Positions 1-14,700 of a DNA stretch of 64,000 bases are shown here, one piece after another. The DNA lies in contig JAQGDQ010000052.1 of assembly GCA_030141605.1 (NCBI GenBank), positions 1 to 64,000 on the forward strand, in the 5' to 3' direction. This DNA is from Tubiluchus corallicola (Eukaryota > Animalia > Priapulida). Each line of letters begins with the position of its first letter. Within the stretch, counting starts at the first letter, position 1. The notes under the pieces are model-generated. The model worked only from the letters and a program-made list of their open reading frames with translations, was not told the DNA's origin and did not search any database. The position numbers were made by a program, and so were the translations under genes.

Positions 1-182
1 TAATAGTAATAGTAATAGTAATAGTAATAGTAATAGTAATAGTAATAGTAATAGTAATAGTAATAGCAATAGCAATAGCAATAGCAATAGCAATAGCAAT
101 AGCAATAGCAATAGCAATAGCAATAGCAATAGTAACAGTAACAGTAACAGTAACAGTAATAGTAATAGTAATAGTAAAAACA

Positions 183-263
<81 letters not shown>
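1..263. repeat. Compound microsatellite (TAATAG)n-(CAATAG)n-(TAACAG)n-(TAA)n
   Basis: Directly visible tandem arrays grading from hexamer to trimer units. Confidence 0.97.
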
Positions 264-2789
264 GTGTATTTTAAAGATGGGATTTGAACAATAAACACGA
301 GTCATGTGACTCCTTTTGACTCCTCACGATATTGTATAAATTTAAATAAAATTATTAACTGTGAGCAACAGTTTTGGAAATTGTGATGATCGGTTATACC
401 AGCCATCATTGTCGCAACACCTATTTTGACATATCTGTCGTATGATGTTATGTGTGCATAATTAATTATCTAAGTACCTTATTGATTTATTGCACTGTTT
501 ATTTAAACTTATAGAATATTGTGTGTTTTGTGAGATTTTGACACTAGATGTCTCTGGACGCTCATTTCTCTGCTTACCTGTAATTAGGTTACCTGAAAAT
601 TCGAATACCAATTGGCTTCAACCTGTTTTGGGATCTTACTACAGAGTTTGTGTTTTACATTAGATATGTTCTGACTGTCAAAGTTACAGGGTAGTGGAGT
701 TTTGCTGGTTAGTCCACATCCTGAGGTTATTTTATATGGCTGAACACCAAGTTTGGTGTGAACCTGTCTTTAATGGCACTCGTATGCAGTGAGATGATTT
801 ATGACAAAGACAATGGTTTTGTCTGGTTTTGTTTATTCGTTGTTTGCTGTGACGGCACTGGTTTGACATTCTTAGAAACAAGTGCTTAGTAACCATATTT
901 CTACCTGCAAAGCAGGGACTCATATTCTTCCTGGGTAGTAGTGGAAGGCCAGTCGAGCACCACATGATTGAAGTTCTACCTGGACTAATGGTCTGTCTGT
1001 TCGTCTGAACTGAAGGTTCTGTTTGTCACTCTGCAAAAGGATGAAATCTGGCTTTATTACGTGGAGTCTGAGGCAGCCAGGTACGAGTTTAACCGCTGGA
1101 TTGCTGGAGCAGCTTCGGAGGCTGGATTGGTGACCATTGGCAAAGAGTTGCTGGCGAGGACGTGGCTGTCTATTGAAGATGAACAGCTGATGTAGCATGG
1201 TTAGAGACTGGAATGCGTGGTTACTAGATCGAAAAGCCTGACGAGAGACAGAAGCGTAGCCGGCCAACGTTACTTTTGAGGGAATTAGGTATCAAATTAA
1301 TTTTGCTATTGTCGTTTTACTGATTAGATTCAAAATCTAAATATTAGTTCTTAGTTCCATTTTGGTTCTGATTAAACAATTTGCACAAGTGTTTCACCAG
1401 TGACATGGATTCGCGTAGCCTACACAAATAAATGATTATCCTGTAAATTTCGAGAAGTGACGAAAACGCTCGAGAACCCTGAACATAGTACTCTGATTTC
1501 CTAACGTCCTGACTTAATTATTACACGGCGTCACAGAAATCAATTCTTTTTGTTTTCTTCCACCTCACTGATCTATCTAAATGTAATTTAAAAATAGTGA
1601 AAAACCAATTTGTGCCAAACAACAACCACTTAAAGCATATGATACACCAAAGCGTCTAGTATCCAGTGTCTGGAACTGGAAGTGAGAAATCACGTATATA
1701 TTGTCAATGGGTGATGAAACCAAAGATTTTGACTGCTGAAACTTAAAGCCAGACGCTGGAAGTTTTTCCTGTTTTTTGGGCGTTTGGCGTCCACCTGTTC
1801 CTCACGTGGCCAATGGTGACTGGGCCTGCCAATTACTACACGAATAAATAACGTAAAAAGCATTTAAAAATAAATTTGTTATCGTACATTTTGTTTTTCT
1901 AAGAAAACAGAGATTAGACGCTAGACGAATAGTTGTTAACTTAACTACCCTGTGAACGGTAGACACTGGACAATCTGGTGTATCAAAAGCTTTATTTAAG
2001 GGACTGCAGTATGTACGTAAACGTTTGGGTTTCTGTGTATTACAAGTCAAGCCGTAAAGGTTCACTCTGAACTCAAATCAGCAACATGCACGCAGCATAT
2101 TTCAGGGTTTCTTGATTATTTTCTGTTTCATTTCTTTCGCAGGCCTTCCAGATTTTGTCTCGTTTTTGCTGTTTTTCTAGAAAACGTCACACGTCGCACG
2201 CGCAAAATCAGCATTCAGACACGCAATGCTGGATGCTGCGAGAAATCTGAATTGTACTTTTTGTTTGAATTTAAAATTATAATCTTCGTATATCGTGTAT
2301 CTGATAGATTAAATTTGCAGTGTGTTTAATTCTCCTGCACGCGATGATGATTTCCATCAAATATCAATTACTTGGGCTAAGATTACATAGATACACATCA
2401 TGCAAACTGTGGAAAATGTGTGAATTAAAAAGTAAGAAATCTTCAACGTTAGTGGTTCCAATTCTTTCTTATTTTGTTGTGCAGTTTGGCGCATTGTAAA
2501 CCGTTGTGCTACACAGCATCTTACTATTATTGAACGTTATGGTAGAACTGGAACTTACTTGTTATCACTGTGAAATACTAAATTCGTGAAAAGCGTCTCT
2601 GACACGTTCGAGCAATATATCGTCCGTTGACATGAGAAATAACACGTAACAGTATAGAACCAGACGAAAAACACTTATCCATTTATTAAGCAGGTATAAT
2701 ATTGCTTAAAGTTTGCAGTCCAATACACTTTGTAACTATTTCCTCTTACTATCTTATGCTAAGGAATTGTTTCACAAGTATGACCTGCT

Positions 2790-3350
2790 CACGTAATTCA
2801 CCAGTGTAGACTTTGGGTGACCTTCTAGCAGAATAGGTGATGGGAGTTTCATGAGAATTCCCATTGGCATCATCTTTCTCAAAAGAATCATCAGGACAGA
2901 ATGTTAATTATGCTTGTCTTAACTATTAATTCTTAGTTATATAGATGAGTTTGTGTGTTTGGTACTTGTGTAATCTTGCAGTCCGGCAAACTAAAAAATG
3001 AGTTTTGGGACAATCATACCTTTCAGTTGTACATGCGTATGCACGACTGAGGAATTGTTATAACTTGCTGGATTCATAGTTATCTGTTCCAGCTTTTATT
3101 GAATGAGGGCAGCAGTTCTACAGTCACTAGATTTTCTCATCTCCTTCGAGGAGCAAAATTACTGAATTCGTCTAACTTTTTTTGGTTGAAAATCGTTTGA
3201 ATCACTTCGGTGTATATAGGTTTTAGACCAGTGGTTGTGGTGTAGCTCTATGGGTGTCTTAAGCCATTACTGCTTTTAGTGTGCTGATCAGAGCTTGTTA
3301 CTGTTTTTGTTTTGAACTACTGGTAATTGGCAATTCTTAATACAACTGTT
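2790..3350 (-). mobile_element. Highly decayed Penelope-like reverse transcriptase fragment (tentative)
   Basis: The minus strand gives broken peptides such as MPMGI..SPILL (cf. the Penelope RT motif GxxMGSPxSPxLA) and ARLQDYTSTK (cf. ARFYGLPKIHK). Many stops and frameshifts. Confidence 0.3.
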
Positions 3351-6149
3351 TTTGTAACATTATAAGATTTTAAATTGAAAATGGCGTTTCTATTTTTTAT
3401 TGTCGTGCTTTTTATTGTCGTACGCAAATGTATACTTACACTGTCGTACGCAAGCGCTGTTCATTTTGTGCAAGCATTCCCATGTTTGCATTGGCGAGCT
3501 GACGAGTTCACGCAACTGTGAGCGCAATTACCCAGTGCTAACACATTCAAACGAATAACTGATTGAACAATTCCAAGCAAGGATTAAAGCAAAGACGGAT
3601 TCTTGAAGGTGTTTTGTTAAGAGTTCTTTGAGGAGTTATCGATTGCGAAGCTCATTGAAAAGTTCAGATTACATTAGATCAGACTCAACAACATTCATTT
3701 TTACAATAACATAGTTATGCAAGAAAAATCTGTAGGAGGAATTTTCTTATTAAATTTATGACACATTTAAGTTGTTACAGGGTAAGATTAATTCACAAGA
3801 TTTTAATAGTTTTGGCATTCATTATCGAAAATACTAATAAAGGAAAGGTAATCATTCTTTTTTTATAACACCCACAATATTTGCTTTACTAGTATTAAAG
3901 ATTAAAACCTTCCAAGAATCCTTCCATATGTGGAAACCTGGAAGCAAGTACACATCGAACGATTACAGACCCTCTAGATCAAATTTCAGCGTCATGGTGA
4001 TTTCTATAAGCATCCTAGAGAGATCTCTGTTGTTCTTCGTGGAGCAGACAAGGATGAAGATAAAGCGAAACACTTGAAAAACACACTCTCCGGGTTCAAT
4101 GCAGAAAGTTTATTGCAAGTTCTATCGGTTTAGAGTACAACAATATTAGAAGCAAGTACCTTGCAAAGTTGAAATTTCTCAGCTTGATATTACGGTACAT
4201 TTGCTTTTAGCTGTGAAAGTTACAAGTTTATAGTTTTAGTAGTTTCTAAGTTATGACTGAAAAGTTTTTGCATGTTAAAAAATTAATTGCCGGAACAATG
4301 TAAGCTAATGCCACGTCGATGCACTCGGTACATGGCAACAAAACAATAAAGAAATCAACGAGTTTAGATTGCGGACTTGACCAAGAAAATACAGAACTGT
4401 TAAAGATTTGTTGTCAAAAGATAGAACACAATCCTGTGAACTACGGTATATGGAATTGCGTACAACGAGAAAATTGAAAGTGCATAATGGTTGCACTAAG
4501 CTGTTTGATGTAGGCACTAAAGGTAAAAATTGTTGAGCGCTGAGACGAAATACCCTTTAAAGAAGTAAGAAACTGTGTCAGTTGTTGGAAGAGACGCCTT
4601 CGTCTAGTTTACAGTGAAAATAGTGGACAGATAAAACACCTGCTGTAAATTTTAACGACAGTGACAATTTTTTCCGGCATTCGTTCAATTTTTGACTTGT
4701 TGTTTTAAGACTTCAGAAAAATTAAAGGGAATGACCTAAAATGTGGGGTGTGCACAAGTGCATTTAACATCAAGTGTAGTAATTTTCAAGCCATTTCATT
4801 ATTCTCTACTTATAACAACGTGATCAAAACTTCAGCACGGTTTTTTTGCACCACCTGGTATAATGGCAATTTTAAACTGGAAAGGCACGTCGCTTGTCTT
4901 TACAGTTAATTACGTCTATATAAAATCTAATGTTAATCTACATTTTTGCGAAGTTTTCTTTGGAACTTATTATAATTTTAGTATTATTAATATTATTTAT
5001 TATAAATATTAATGAATTTTATGAACATTGAAAACTTTTTGAGCTCACTAGTCAAATGAAATACCCACTTAGTCTATAGCCAAACGTTAACAAAAATGTT
5101 AGAATTCTGACTGCTTACATACGACTATTAATAATTGTCAGCTGCAAAAAACTTAATTTTTTTAACCATTCCTTAATTAATGCTACTCAGTAACTGTTAA
5201 TATCGGCAAATTTGTAGTCTAAATGAAACAAACGTTTTATCATATAGGAGGCATTTTTCCTAGAAAGTGTTATGGTTAAGTGTTAAGTGTATAGTGTTAA
5301 TTAAGCACTATTGTGTTATTCATCACAAACTCGACTGATAATTACCAACTTTTATTTGCTTGATAATTTTCTTTCTATTTTAATAACAGATTATAATGGT
5401 TTTCATACTAATATTTTATTAGTTTTAAAGTAAGCTTCATTGTCAAAGCTACGCAATCAAATTCCCAGGCTGATAATCCATTTGTAAACTTTTACTGTGT
5501 GACTACAGACAGTTTTACGTGTCTGACTTCGTAACTTAGTGATCAGATTCTGGCATAAAAGGGTTGGGAAGCCAGCCTCAGTAGTCAGCGTTTATTAATG
5601 TCTTGCAAGGCATTTTGGAAGTAAGAGCAAAAGAAAAACTAAACCTGCATGATGCAGCCGTAGTTTCACATTAGAGTTAAGCAAAACCTAATTGAAATGT
5701 GCAAAGCTAATGATACGTAGAGCTGATGATTGTGTAACGAACCGAGACGAAAATTGAAGTTAAAATGTCAAAGTGTAGCTAATTTAATCTTTATTTTTAG
5801 CAGTTAGATTTCAGTTACGGCAATTTTAATTTCACTAATTTTTATATGGAAAACTTTTGATTATTTATCATATAACATGTTGATTTAGAAATTAAGAGCA
5901 TTTAAAATTATACCACGTTCATTTGTACAGAAAATCTGCTTGAAAGTCGTGCTTCTTAGACAGACTACCATAGGCGGTAGCCACACTACCATTCAAATAA
6001 TTTATTTAATATAGAGTAACCAGACGTTTTTAGCCTTTAATTAATTATTAAATCATAATTTTCCTGATAATTAGTTAATGGTGGAAATAACTGTGACTGC
6101 ATTTTTTTTTCTAAATCAAAGTTGACACACAGGAAAAATGTAAAAGTGG

Positions 6150-6230
6150 GGTGGAACATGGGTTTGAACAAGGGGTCGGTTTATTACAAGTTTAGCAACA
6201 ATTAGATCACACAGTCTATCAGACTATATG
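6150..6230 (-). mobile_element. Degenerate tRNA-derived SINE head (tentative)
   Basis: The minus strand has a B-box-like GTTCAAACCC preceded by a tRNA-length segment. No intact cloverleaf. Confidence 0.3.
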
Positions 6231-7619
6231 TCATAGTTTTCAGGAATGGTCAAGCGCTAATTAATGCGACCATTTCAAATTTGAGGAAAGGCGCGCAAAA
6301 CGTGGCGGCCACTTTAAAAATAGCTTTAATGGTTGCCATTGTAAAAAGTGTATCTAAATGGCTCCATTCTTTAGAATATGTAAGCGTTCAAATTCTGTAA
6401 GTTTGTGAAAAAACATTTCTTTGCCAAATGAAGTGGCAAAAATAATCGCAATTTTGAAGAATCTTTTGGCCTTTTTACCTTTCTTTTAAACTAGCTTATC
6501 GTCACTTTGTTTTCGATATATTTTGCCAAGTTCTTGGGTGTAATAAACATGCCAAACGATGTTTGGAATTTTTGAAATAATAAAATTCTTGAAACTGTCC
6601 AATATCCATTCGTAAAACCGGATTCACCGTAATCACGGCTTCATATAATTGCACAATTACTACCTCCGTCAGCGTCTTGATGCATAATAAACCTAATGTA
6701 AAGACCTGATTGCAAAGGCCAAAATATATACATACCTTCTTTAGGATCCATTGGCATAGCGTCCATGGAACCGGAACCGGAATCAGCATCTTGCGAATTG
6801 CGTACGTCGCTCTCCGGATTGTCCAGTCCGATATTCACTTGTACGGCTTTATTCCGCAACATTTCGTACGCTGAAGCGTTTTTTCCTTTCCGCATTTTTA
6901 CTCATGATAAAACACAAAAAATGCAATCCGCGCGGTCGAACTGCTTTGCTTTTATGTAAAACAAATAGCACTGAAATCAATTTGGCTTTACGAATAACAA
7001 TTTATAGATTTCAAAAATTTAGCTGCTCGAAAAATACGGAGGCATCTATGCCCTCAAAATCTAAGAATTAAACGGTTAACATACATATGGTGCTCTAGAG
7101 GTGCAAAATGAGATCCTGGTGTTAATATTTCGGACTTTCTACTAATTTTCAACTTCTTTCCTAGACGCGAAAATTCGCACAAAGTCAGAAATATCTACAT
7201 TCTTTAAACGCCCATTTCGCACCAATTGTTTTTTATTTGTACTTGAACGATTAATTATGTCTTCATAAAAATACAGGCCTTGGTTGGTACACCTGTGCTT
7301 AACATACAGGACTGAGGCAACAATTGGGATTAATGTCATAACCATTCCCGCGGCATCTGCGAATATCACATTTACTGCGCATGCGCATTCTAGGCGAAAA
7401 CAAAGTGGCGAGTTAACTGCGAAATACCCATAATTTGATCGATAATTACTAAGTCACAAACGGAGTGGTGCGCGCGTGTTCCCTTTCTTCTTTGTGAAGT
7501 TTATAGCTGTTCTATTGAAGTGAAATGATGATCTCAAAAAAACTTCGCACGTTCAACACACATCCGGGAACCACCACTGTATTGTTAATCGTGTTAACAA
7601 ATAAATAAAAAATGCAGAC

Positions 7620-7789
<170 letters not shown>

Positions 7790-7864
7790 AAAAATGCAGA
7801 CATATGTTAAAAGAAAGATGGGAAAAGAGCAAACAAGAAATAGGTAGATAGACAAAGAATAATA

Positions 7865-8042
7865 GGAGAGAGAGAAACAAACAGACAGACAGGCAGGCAG
7901 ACAGACAGACAGATAGCAAACAGACAGACAGACGGACGGACGGATGGACGAACAGATGAACGGACGGACGGACAGACAGACAGGGACAGTCAGGCAGGCA
8001 GGCAAACAGGCGGACAGACGAACGGGCGAACAGACAGACAGT
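7865..8042. repeat. Compound (GA)/(GACA)/(GGAC)/(GGCA) tetranucleotide repeat
   Basis: Directly visible. Confidence 0.92.
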
Positions 8043-8399
8043 CGTTTTTAATATTAACCGATATCTGTGCTAAGAGAAGACATCTTGTATCGAGGGAATG
8101 GCAAAAATAATGTCAAGTTATGAGCTTCTCATTAATTACTTCTATAATCTGAAAGACTTTAACAAAGAATTTCTCAAACTAGGCTGAAAAAACTCAATCG
8201 TTTTTTTTGTAAGTGAAAATTCATTGCCCGCCTATAGTACTGGTTTTAATAGGAAAGAGAGCAAAAATAAAAAAATGGTTTTCAAGCTTTTGCAGGTACA
8301 ACTAACTTTTACTTAAATTGGAATTCAACTTTTACGGGTTGAAACAAGTTGTAATTAATGTATATAACAATCTTATTGAAGCATACGTCTTACTGAAGT

Positions 8400-9261
8400 A
8401 GACATGCCATCCTGTCGGGCTAGAATAAAAAATGTTCACATGCTTTATTTAGGTTTTTCACTCAATTTGTGTCGTCAAGCTAGGACACCTATGTCTAGGT
8501 ATATTAATAACTTATTAGTAATTGACAATTTAAATTTAATTAAACAAGATTTCAGTGATATTCGGGCTTATGTAAGAAATAAGCAGTCTGCTAGATATAC
8601 CCAGTATGTGCGTTGTAACCCAGATTTGAAGCAGCCCCAAATATATCACGAGACGCTGGTGTGGCTGAATTTGCCCGCATCAGTACCATTCGCTTATTAT
8701 TGTCTTCGCACAGGTTGAAAGTAGAAACAGGAAGATGGTCGAGAATTCCACGAGAGAGAAGGACGCATGAGTGTGGACTTGGCATTCAAGACGAAAACCA
8801 TGTGCTTTTCGTATGCCTCCTAAGTGTTAGTATAGTGAACTGTATTCGCCAACACGCAGTACTATATCTGAGCTAATTTTTGATGTAGAACCTAGGCTAC
8901 TCCACTTGAAATCGGTTTGCTGGAAATTCATCAAGTGTTAAAAATGTTTGAAAGTTCCTAACACTATAATTATGGCTCTTTTTACCTTTTTTCTCAGCTC
9001 GAGTCGAAATTTTTCATTATTTATTTTCGCATGTATTGTTAAGTAAACTGTTCACTGTCTGTCTACAGCTAATGTGATAATTGCAAAAGTGCGTTATATA
9101 TTATGTTATTTAGCACGCTTCGCATACTTTGATAAACTTACATGTGTTTGTACTATTCTGTACGAATTTCTCTTACAGAATATAATTTCACGTGGACTGT
9201 ATTATTTACAAAAAACTTTATGGTTTACAAAAAACTATATATATATATATATATATATATA
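8400..9261 (+). mobile_element. 3' fragment of a non-LTR retrotransposon (C-terminal zinc-knuckle region, RTE-X-like, tentative clade) ending in (TA)n
   Basis: ORF 8661-8876 reads LLLSSHRLKVETGRWSRIPRERRTHECGLGIQDENHVLFVC, matching the R-x-S-x-H-x-L-x-I-E-T-G-R...C..DE.H....C motif of LINE ORF2 C-termini. An AT-rich 3' UTR and (TA)n at 9237-9261 follow. Confidence 0.7.
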
Positions 9262-10379
9262 AGCGCAGATTTTGTAATTTCTGCTGTATTTTCTTTGGTA
9301 GTGATAGAGCGATGTTTACAATGTGACAAAAGATCCAATAAATATCGAACTAACATCATTAATTTTGATGTTGGCAATGGTATAAGAAATGTCTAGAACT
9401 CCAACGTCTTACAAGATTCTTGTCTAGCCGTATGAAAATCTAATATGCAACCAGCCCTAACAGTTTTTCCTGATACGGCATGCTACTTCAGTTTCGCATA
9501 GTGCTGTTGTGCATACATCATTTTTATGACTTCGACTTAGAGGCTGCATGAACTAAAAATTTTAAATTTAGTTTACATAATTTGAAACAATATGCTTGAA
9601 ATAAAATGTAATTTGAAAGCAGCTGTGAATGTTAGCCCCACATTCGTTGAAATACATTGAAAGCTGCGAAGAAAACTGTTTTTCACCAATTGTAGCACTT
9701 GTTTGCACGATATATCTAAAAACTTCCTGCCGAAATAAACGCTCATCGATTCTTTATTTCCGATCAATATTTGACGCAATTTTACTGGCTTTTGTTTTAC
9801 ATGCAATCTACACTATAAGAAGGAAGCTTGTATCGAACAGCCAAATCTCGATATTGGCGACAATGAAATTGGACTTAAATTGGTTTCGTTAGTGTTGCAG
9901 CGCCTGATTGGATTGTTAGTTGCAGGCTGCATCGAATAATTTGCTAGCAATTAGGAAATATTGGCACAGAATATCAATGGGCATTCCTGCCTTTTATTAA
10001 CCAATGCAGTAGCTGCTTAACAAGCTGTTCTGCCTAATATTGTTAAGCATATATTAAAATCAAAGCCACTTTGCAAGACAATGTGATGTAACAAATTACC
10101 ATTGTTAGCATTATGTCGCCCCGTATGTGCAAATCTTGTTACAGCTTATAGACATACAAGAGCAGTTTACGTAATGTATTAATTATAGGTGTACGAGTGC
10201 AATGTGTGTAGCAGGTCTATTTGAGAACTTGCTATTGTGAAATTTCACGCGATTGAATTTTTACAGAAGGTTTGGAGCTACCAGTCACGCGTCATGTCAT
10301 GACTCCCAGAATAGTTTCACATTTTTACTAAAGTCTGTGCAATTCCGGCTCCTTTACTGCTTGAAGTGTTTCTAGAAAT

Positions 10380-10628
<249 letters not shown>

Positions 10629-10679
10629 GTAATTCCTGTAAATCAAACCTAAAATATTTTACGTGGCATTAAACTACAT

Positions 10680-11150
10680 TAGTGAGTCACACCACCTTTG
10701 CGGCCTAGTTTATTAGCGCACCATCGTTTATAATGACCTTTCAGTACCGACACAATCATGGGTACATCGAGCAGATTCTGTTGTTGTTTGCTGGATCCTT
10801 GCTTGCCCCACATTGTATTAAATGATCCAAAACTAGCAGGAATTACAGTGCAGACTGTGCAGCAGACCATAAGCCATTTTGTTGAGATAATAGGTCCAAA
10901 GCGTGTTTACTAAGTACAGTTGCTACTTCCAGAAATTCAGGTGGCAATCGGGATGTTAGTCCAAAGGTCCAAAGACGCCAGTTCATTAAACAGAACAATT
11001 TACCAATACAATACATGTATTTCGATGTCCGTATTCGGAGCATAGTAGCAACTCATAGTATCGTGGCTCCATCTATCGCGCATTTGAGAAATTGTTATTA
11101 AGACATACTGCGAAGCACCTGGATTTATTTTTATGAGGGCGGAAAGTGGA
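10680..11150 (-). pseudogene. Decayed intronless ankyrin-repeat-like coding remnant (tentative)
   Basis: Stitching minus-strand frames gives EFLEVATVLSKHALDL..NGLWSAAQ..LDHLIQCGASKDPANNN..KVIINDGALIN, resembling consecutive ankyrin repeats (GHLEVVxLLLxxGADxN). Interrupted by stops and frameshifts. Confidence 0.4.
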
Positions 11151-11781
11151 TTACGTCGTGGATCGAGGGGTGTGGTGGAGGTGTGGTTTAGCAAAAAAGC
11201 TTGAGCTTAATTCTCTTGTAACAGAATACGTTTGGTTTAGAAATAATATGAATATTTTGCACATTGGAGGTTCAAAATGAATAAGAATATTTTGTACAAA
11301 ACATAAGACGGCGAGACTATTGTGAAACTATTGACATAAAATTATTGCAGTATGAGCGTTGGTGCCTGGTGGTTGCATCAACGGTGGGTAATCGGTGATA
11401 GCAGCAGCAACAGCATAGCAACAACAACAGCGCCAGCATCGCGTAGCATTGACTCTGACAACAAGCTTGTAAACATATAAATGGAAGTCCAGAAGTTATT
11501 AGTACCTTTGTCCCTATGTTTGTGTGTGCTTAGTACATCCAAAGCTTACTTATTGGCGTTTCATGCTTCGAAGTCTGTATGCATGCATGCGTCATTGAAT
11601 AAACTGGGACGCATAAATTTTGAGCTGCTGCTGCTATTAAAAGGAAAGCTAGTCTCACGGCAGGCGTACTCTCCGCTGCATATTCGCCAGGAAACTTGCT
11701 AGCGTGTAACAGTGAACTTGCCAAAGTAGTAAAATTAACTTACTGTAACTTTTGGAATCCAGAATAAGTTTTACGTTGAAA

Positions 11782-14700
11782 ATGCCTGACAGTGTCACGC
11801 TGGATGTACTAGTTGTCGATTTAGGAGAGAAGGAAGGCTTAAGTGCAGATGAAAATGAAGAGAGGATCGCAAAGCAACTCATGGAAGGAATAACCACAGT
11901 TGGATGTGTGCACCTGATTAACCATGGTATTCCTGAAGATAAGGTGCATACGTAGCTATTTTATAAAGTTCAGCATTTACAAGCTAGACAGAAAGGAAGC
12001 TGTAAGTGCCAAGGTTTGTGGCTGGGCCTAAGCGGTTGAGTGTGACTGGCAAATGGTTGGGCGACCGTCAGAGAACGCTTTAAACGTTAATCATTAAGTG
12101 CCGCCGAATCTCTGCTTGCAGAATCTCGATGTAAGAAAATGAACGACACCCCTGATTGTTGTCGCAAAATAGGAACTCAGCTTATTATTTCAAGATTATG
12201 CATAGCAAAGATAATTGCTTCAACATTTGAATACTTCTACACTCTCCTGCCGAAATTGTTTGTATTGCAGATGAAACCGCCATTATGATTACAAATGAAA
12301 ACTTGCGAATTCGCTAATTACAGTTTTTAGTACGGGCTGAACTTTCCTGAATACTAATGTAGTCTGTTATGAGAAATTTTCAATATTTTCAGATTCACAA
12401 ATTAATGGCTTCATCAAAGAAATTCTTTGATCTACCTGTGGACATTAAAAATCAGTTTGCAAGTCAAATGAATATTTGCGGGTATCAGAGACTTGGTCTA
12501 CAAGTGTAAGTTAGCTTTGGAACTTAATGAAGAAGTAAAATAAATAATATAATAAAATAAGTGATAATAAATGAATAATAAATGCAAAACATCTAGATCA
12601 CTGTGAATTTTGTAGCAAACACATATTTTGAGTCCCTACGTAAAAAAATTATTAGGCCATCAAACAGCTTTGCTAACTAGCGCGCCAAAAAGCATAATTA
12701 TAAGCGCCCTTCTCGCTAAGTTATTTCAATGATTACTGTTATTTCTGCTGTAAAAATTATTAAAAAGGAAAGCCAAAATGAGTTAAATACTACAAACATT
12801 ATAACATCTAACGTACTACTTTTCATGACTACCCATGAGTAATTTTTTGCATTGGATGTCGAGTAAAATTTATTTTTTTGTTATCTATAACAGACTCGAA
12901 GGTTCAAATCCTCCAGACTTGGTAGAGGCGTGGCAAGATCGTAGAAAGCCAGAAATGGTAAACTCTCGTTTTGATGTTATTTTTGTTTCAAATTAACAAT
13001 ATTTTTCTTATCAAAAATAGACGTACGTAGACTTTATTTATTTTCTTTTTCCGATTAGAAAAAACTGACCATCTTTCATCTTTTATCAAGTATCGGAATT
13101 CGGGATGTTTAACTGTTGGAGGAAGGATAGTGTAATATAAAAAGAATTTACTACATTTACTTTACAGGAGTATCCCAACGAAAACGTTCCTGACTTAAAA
13201 CCAGCTCTCCAAGAATTCCATGATTTGTGTGAAAAGTTAACCAGCAAAGTGTTCCGAAGTATTGCAGTAGGTCTTGGATTAAAGGTAACTGTAAACTGTT
13301 GTATATAAATGTACTGTTTTAGATAGAATTGTGCTTGTAAAAAATGAATTCTAGCTTGTTTGTAGTATCATAATTGTAACGTGATTTTGTTATACTACTA
13401 GGACCGTGATTTTTTTAACAAAGCTCACAAAAATCCCAGGACGACTCATTATCCTTGTCTCAAATCGTGCATGTATCCTGCGATAACTGAACCTTATGGT
13501 GAGTATTACCTGAAAAGGTTCTCTTTATTAAATGGTTAACTTATAATGACTTGAGTATTCTGTACTTGATGATCTGAAAACGAATGCTTTGAAAAAGAAA
13601 AGACAGGAATTGGTTTGAACATATAAGTGGTAGTACTGGCACAGCAGTTGATATATTTGACCTTCAATTTGATGTTGAAGGCATCTACAATTCCCCACAC
13701 AATTTAAATACCATAAACATAACGCTAACCGCAACCCAAGCCCTAATCTTAACCCTAACACTAATACGTTTCACGAACTAATTTCTTATGTGCGAGAATT
13801 GTAAACCTTGGCCTTTGTATAATGTCTCAAAAGCCAATTAAAAGCAAATGAAATTTAGCACTAACATAGTATTAATGTAGGAAGAGTCACTGTGAAGCCT
13901 CGACACTGAAAAGCAGTAGGATTTGGAACATGTTGCCCCAATGGCACGTGATTTGCTTTTCATGCTTTAAATAAGTTGGGTTCTTAAAGGAAGAGCCAAA
14001 TCTCGGACAACATTTATTGGATTTTAATGTACAATTAGAAATATTGAAATCGCATTACAGAATATGCGCATAGAATATTTTGCTTAAAAAATTATTAGAA
14101 ATTTAAATATTTCTTATCTCTCGCAAAACGAACGTTGATGCCGGCGTATTTCAAAAAAATGATGTAAGCTGGTGTATGCAGGGCAGCGAGAATGCCGTGA
14201 AAGCAAGCAGTGTAAGGTAAGCGTTGCAAATTTCCACAGTTTGCTTAGAAGTTCTATTATTTTAGTGTTGCGCTTAACTGTGTTTATCTAGAAATTTGTC
14301 ATTCGATCAACAGGATTAGACCTTAAAATGTGTAAATAATTAATTTTACAGATTTTTGTTGACCTTTAGATACGCATGTAAACTTGCGAGCACTTAGTAG
14401 GTACCAGGTGGGTTGCTTAGTTTGTAGAGTTCGCTCAAAGAGTTAAAAAAGATTCTAAGCATCTGGCGGGATAAGTGTTTATTTTGCACGGAGACAGGAT
14501 GACGCCATTTTTTGTCTAAAATGAACGCGCCCAAGTGTGAAGTGATCACGACACTAAATTGATTTTACTAATTACAAGAGGTGCTTATCACAATTTTATT
14601 GCTGAAACTTTCTAACATTTTTCCCAAGTATTAAAATAAGCTCAACTTCCCGAAAGACTTTAAAGGAAATTCATACACTTGTTAGAGAACATACAGTATT

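Noticed and set aside
732-1267. GC-richer segment with two minus-strand ORFs
   Set aside because: No recognisable motifs or splice pattern. Probably a repeat remnant, but not assignable.
13720-13765. Interstitial telomere
   Set aside because: Only about 7 highly degenerate units; such tracts are common in dispersed repeats.
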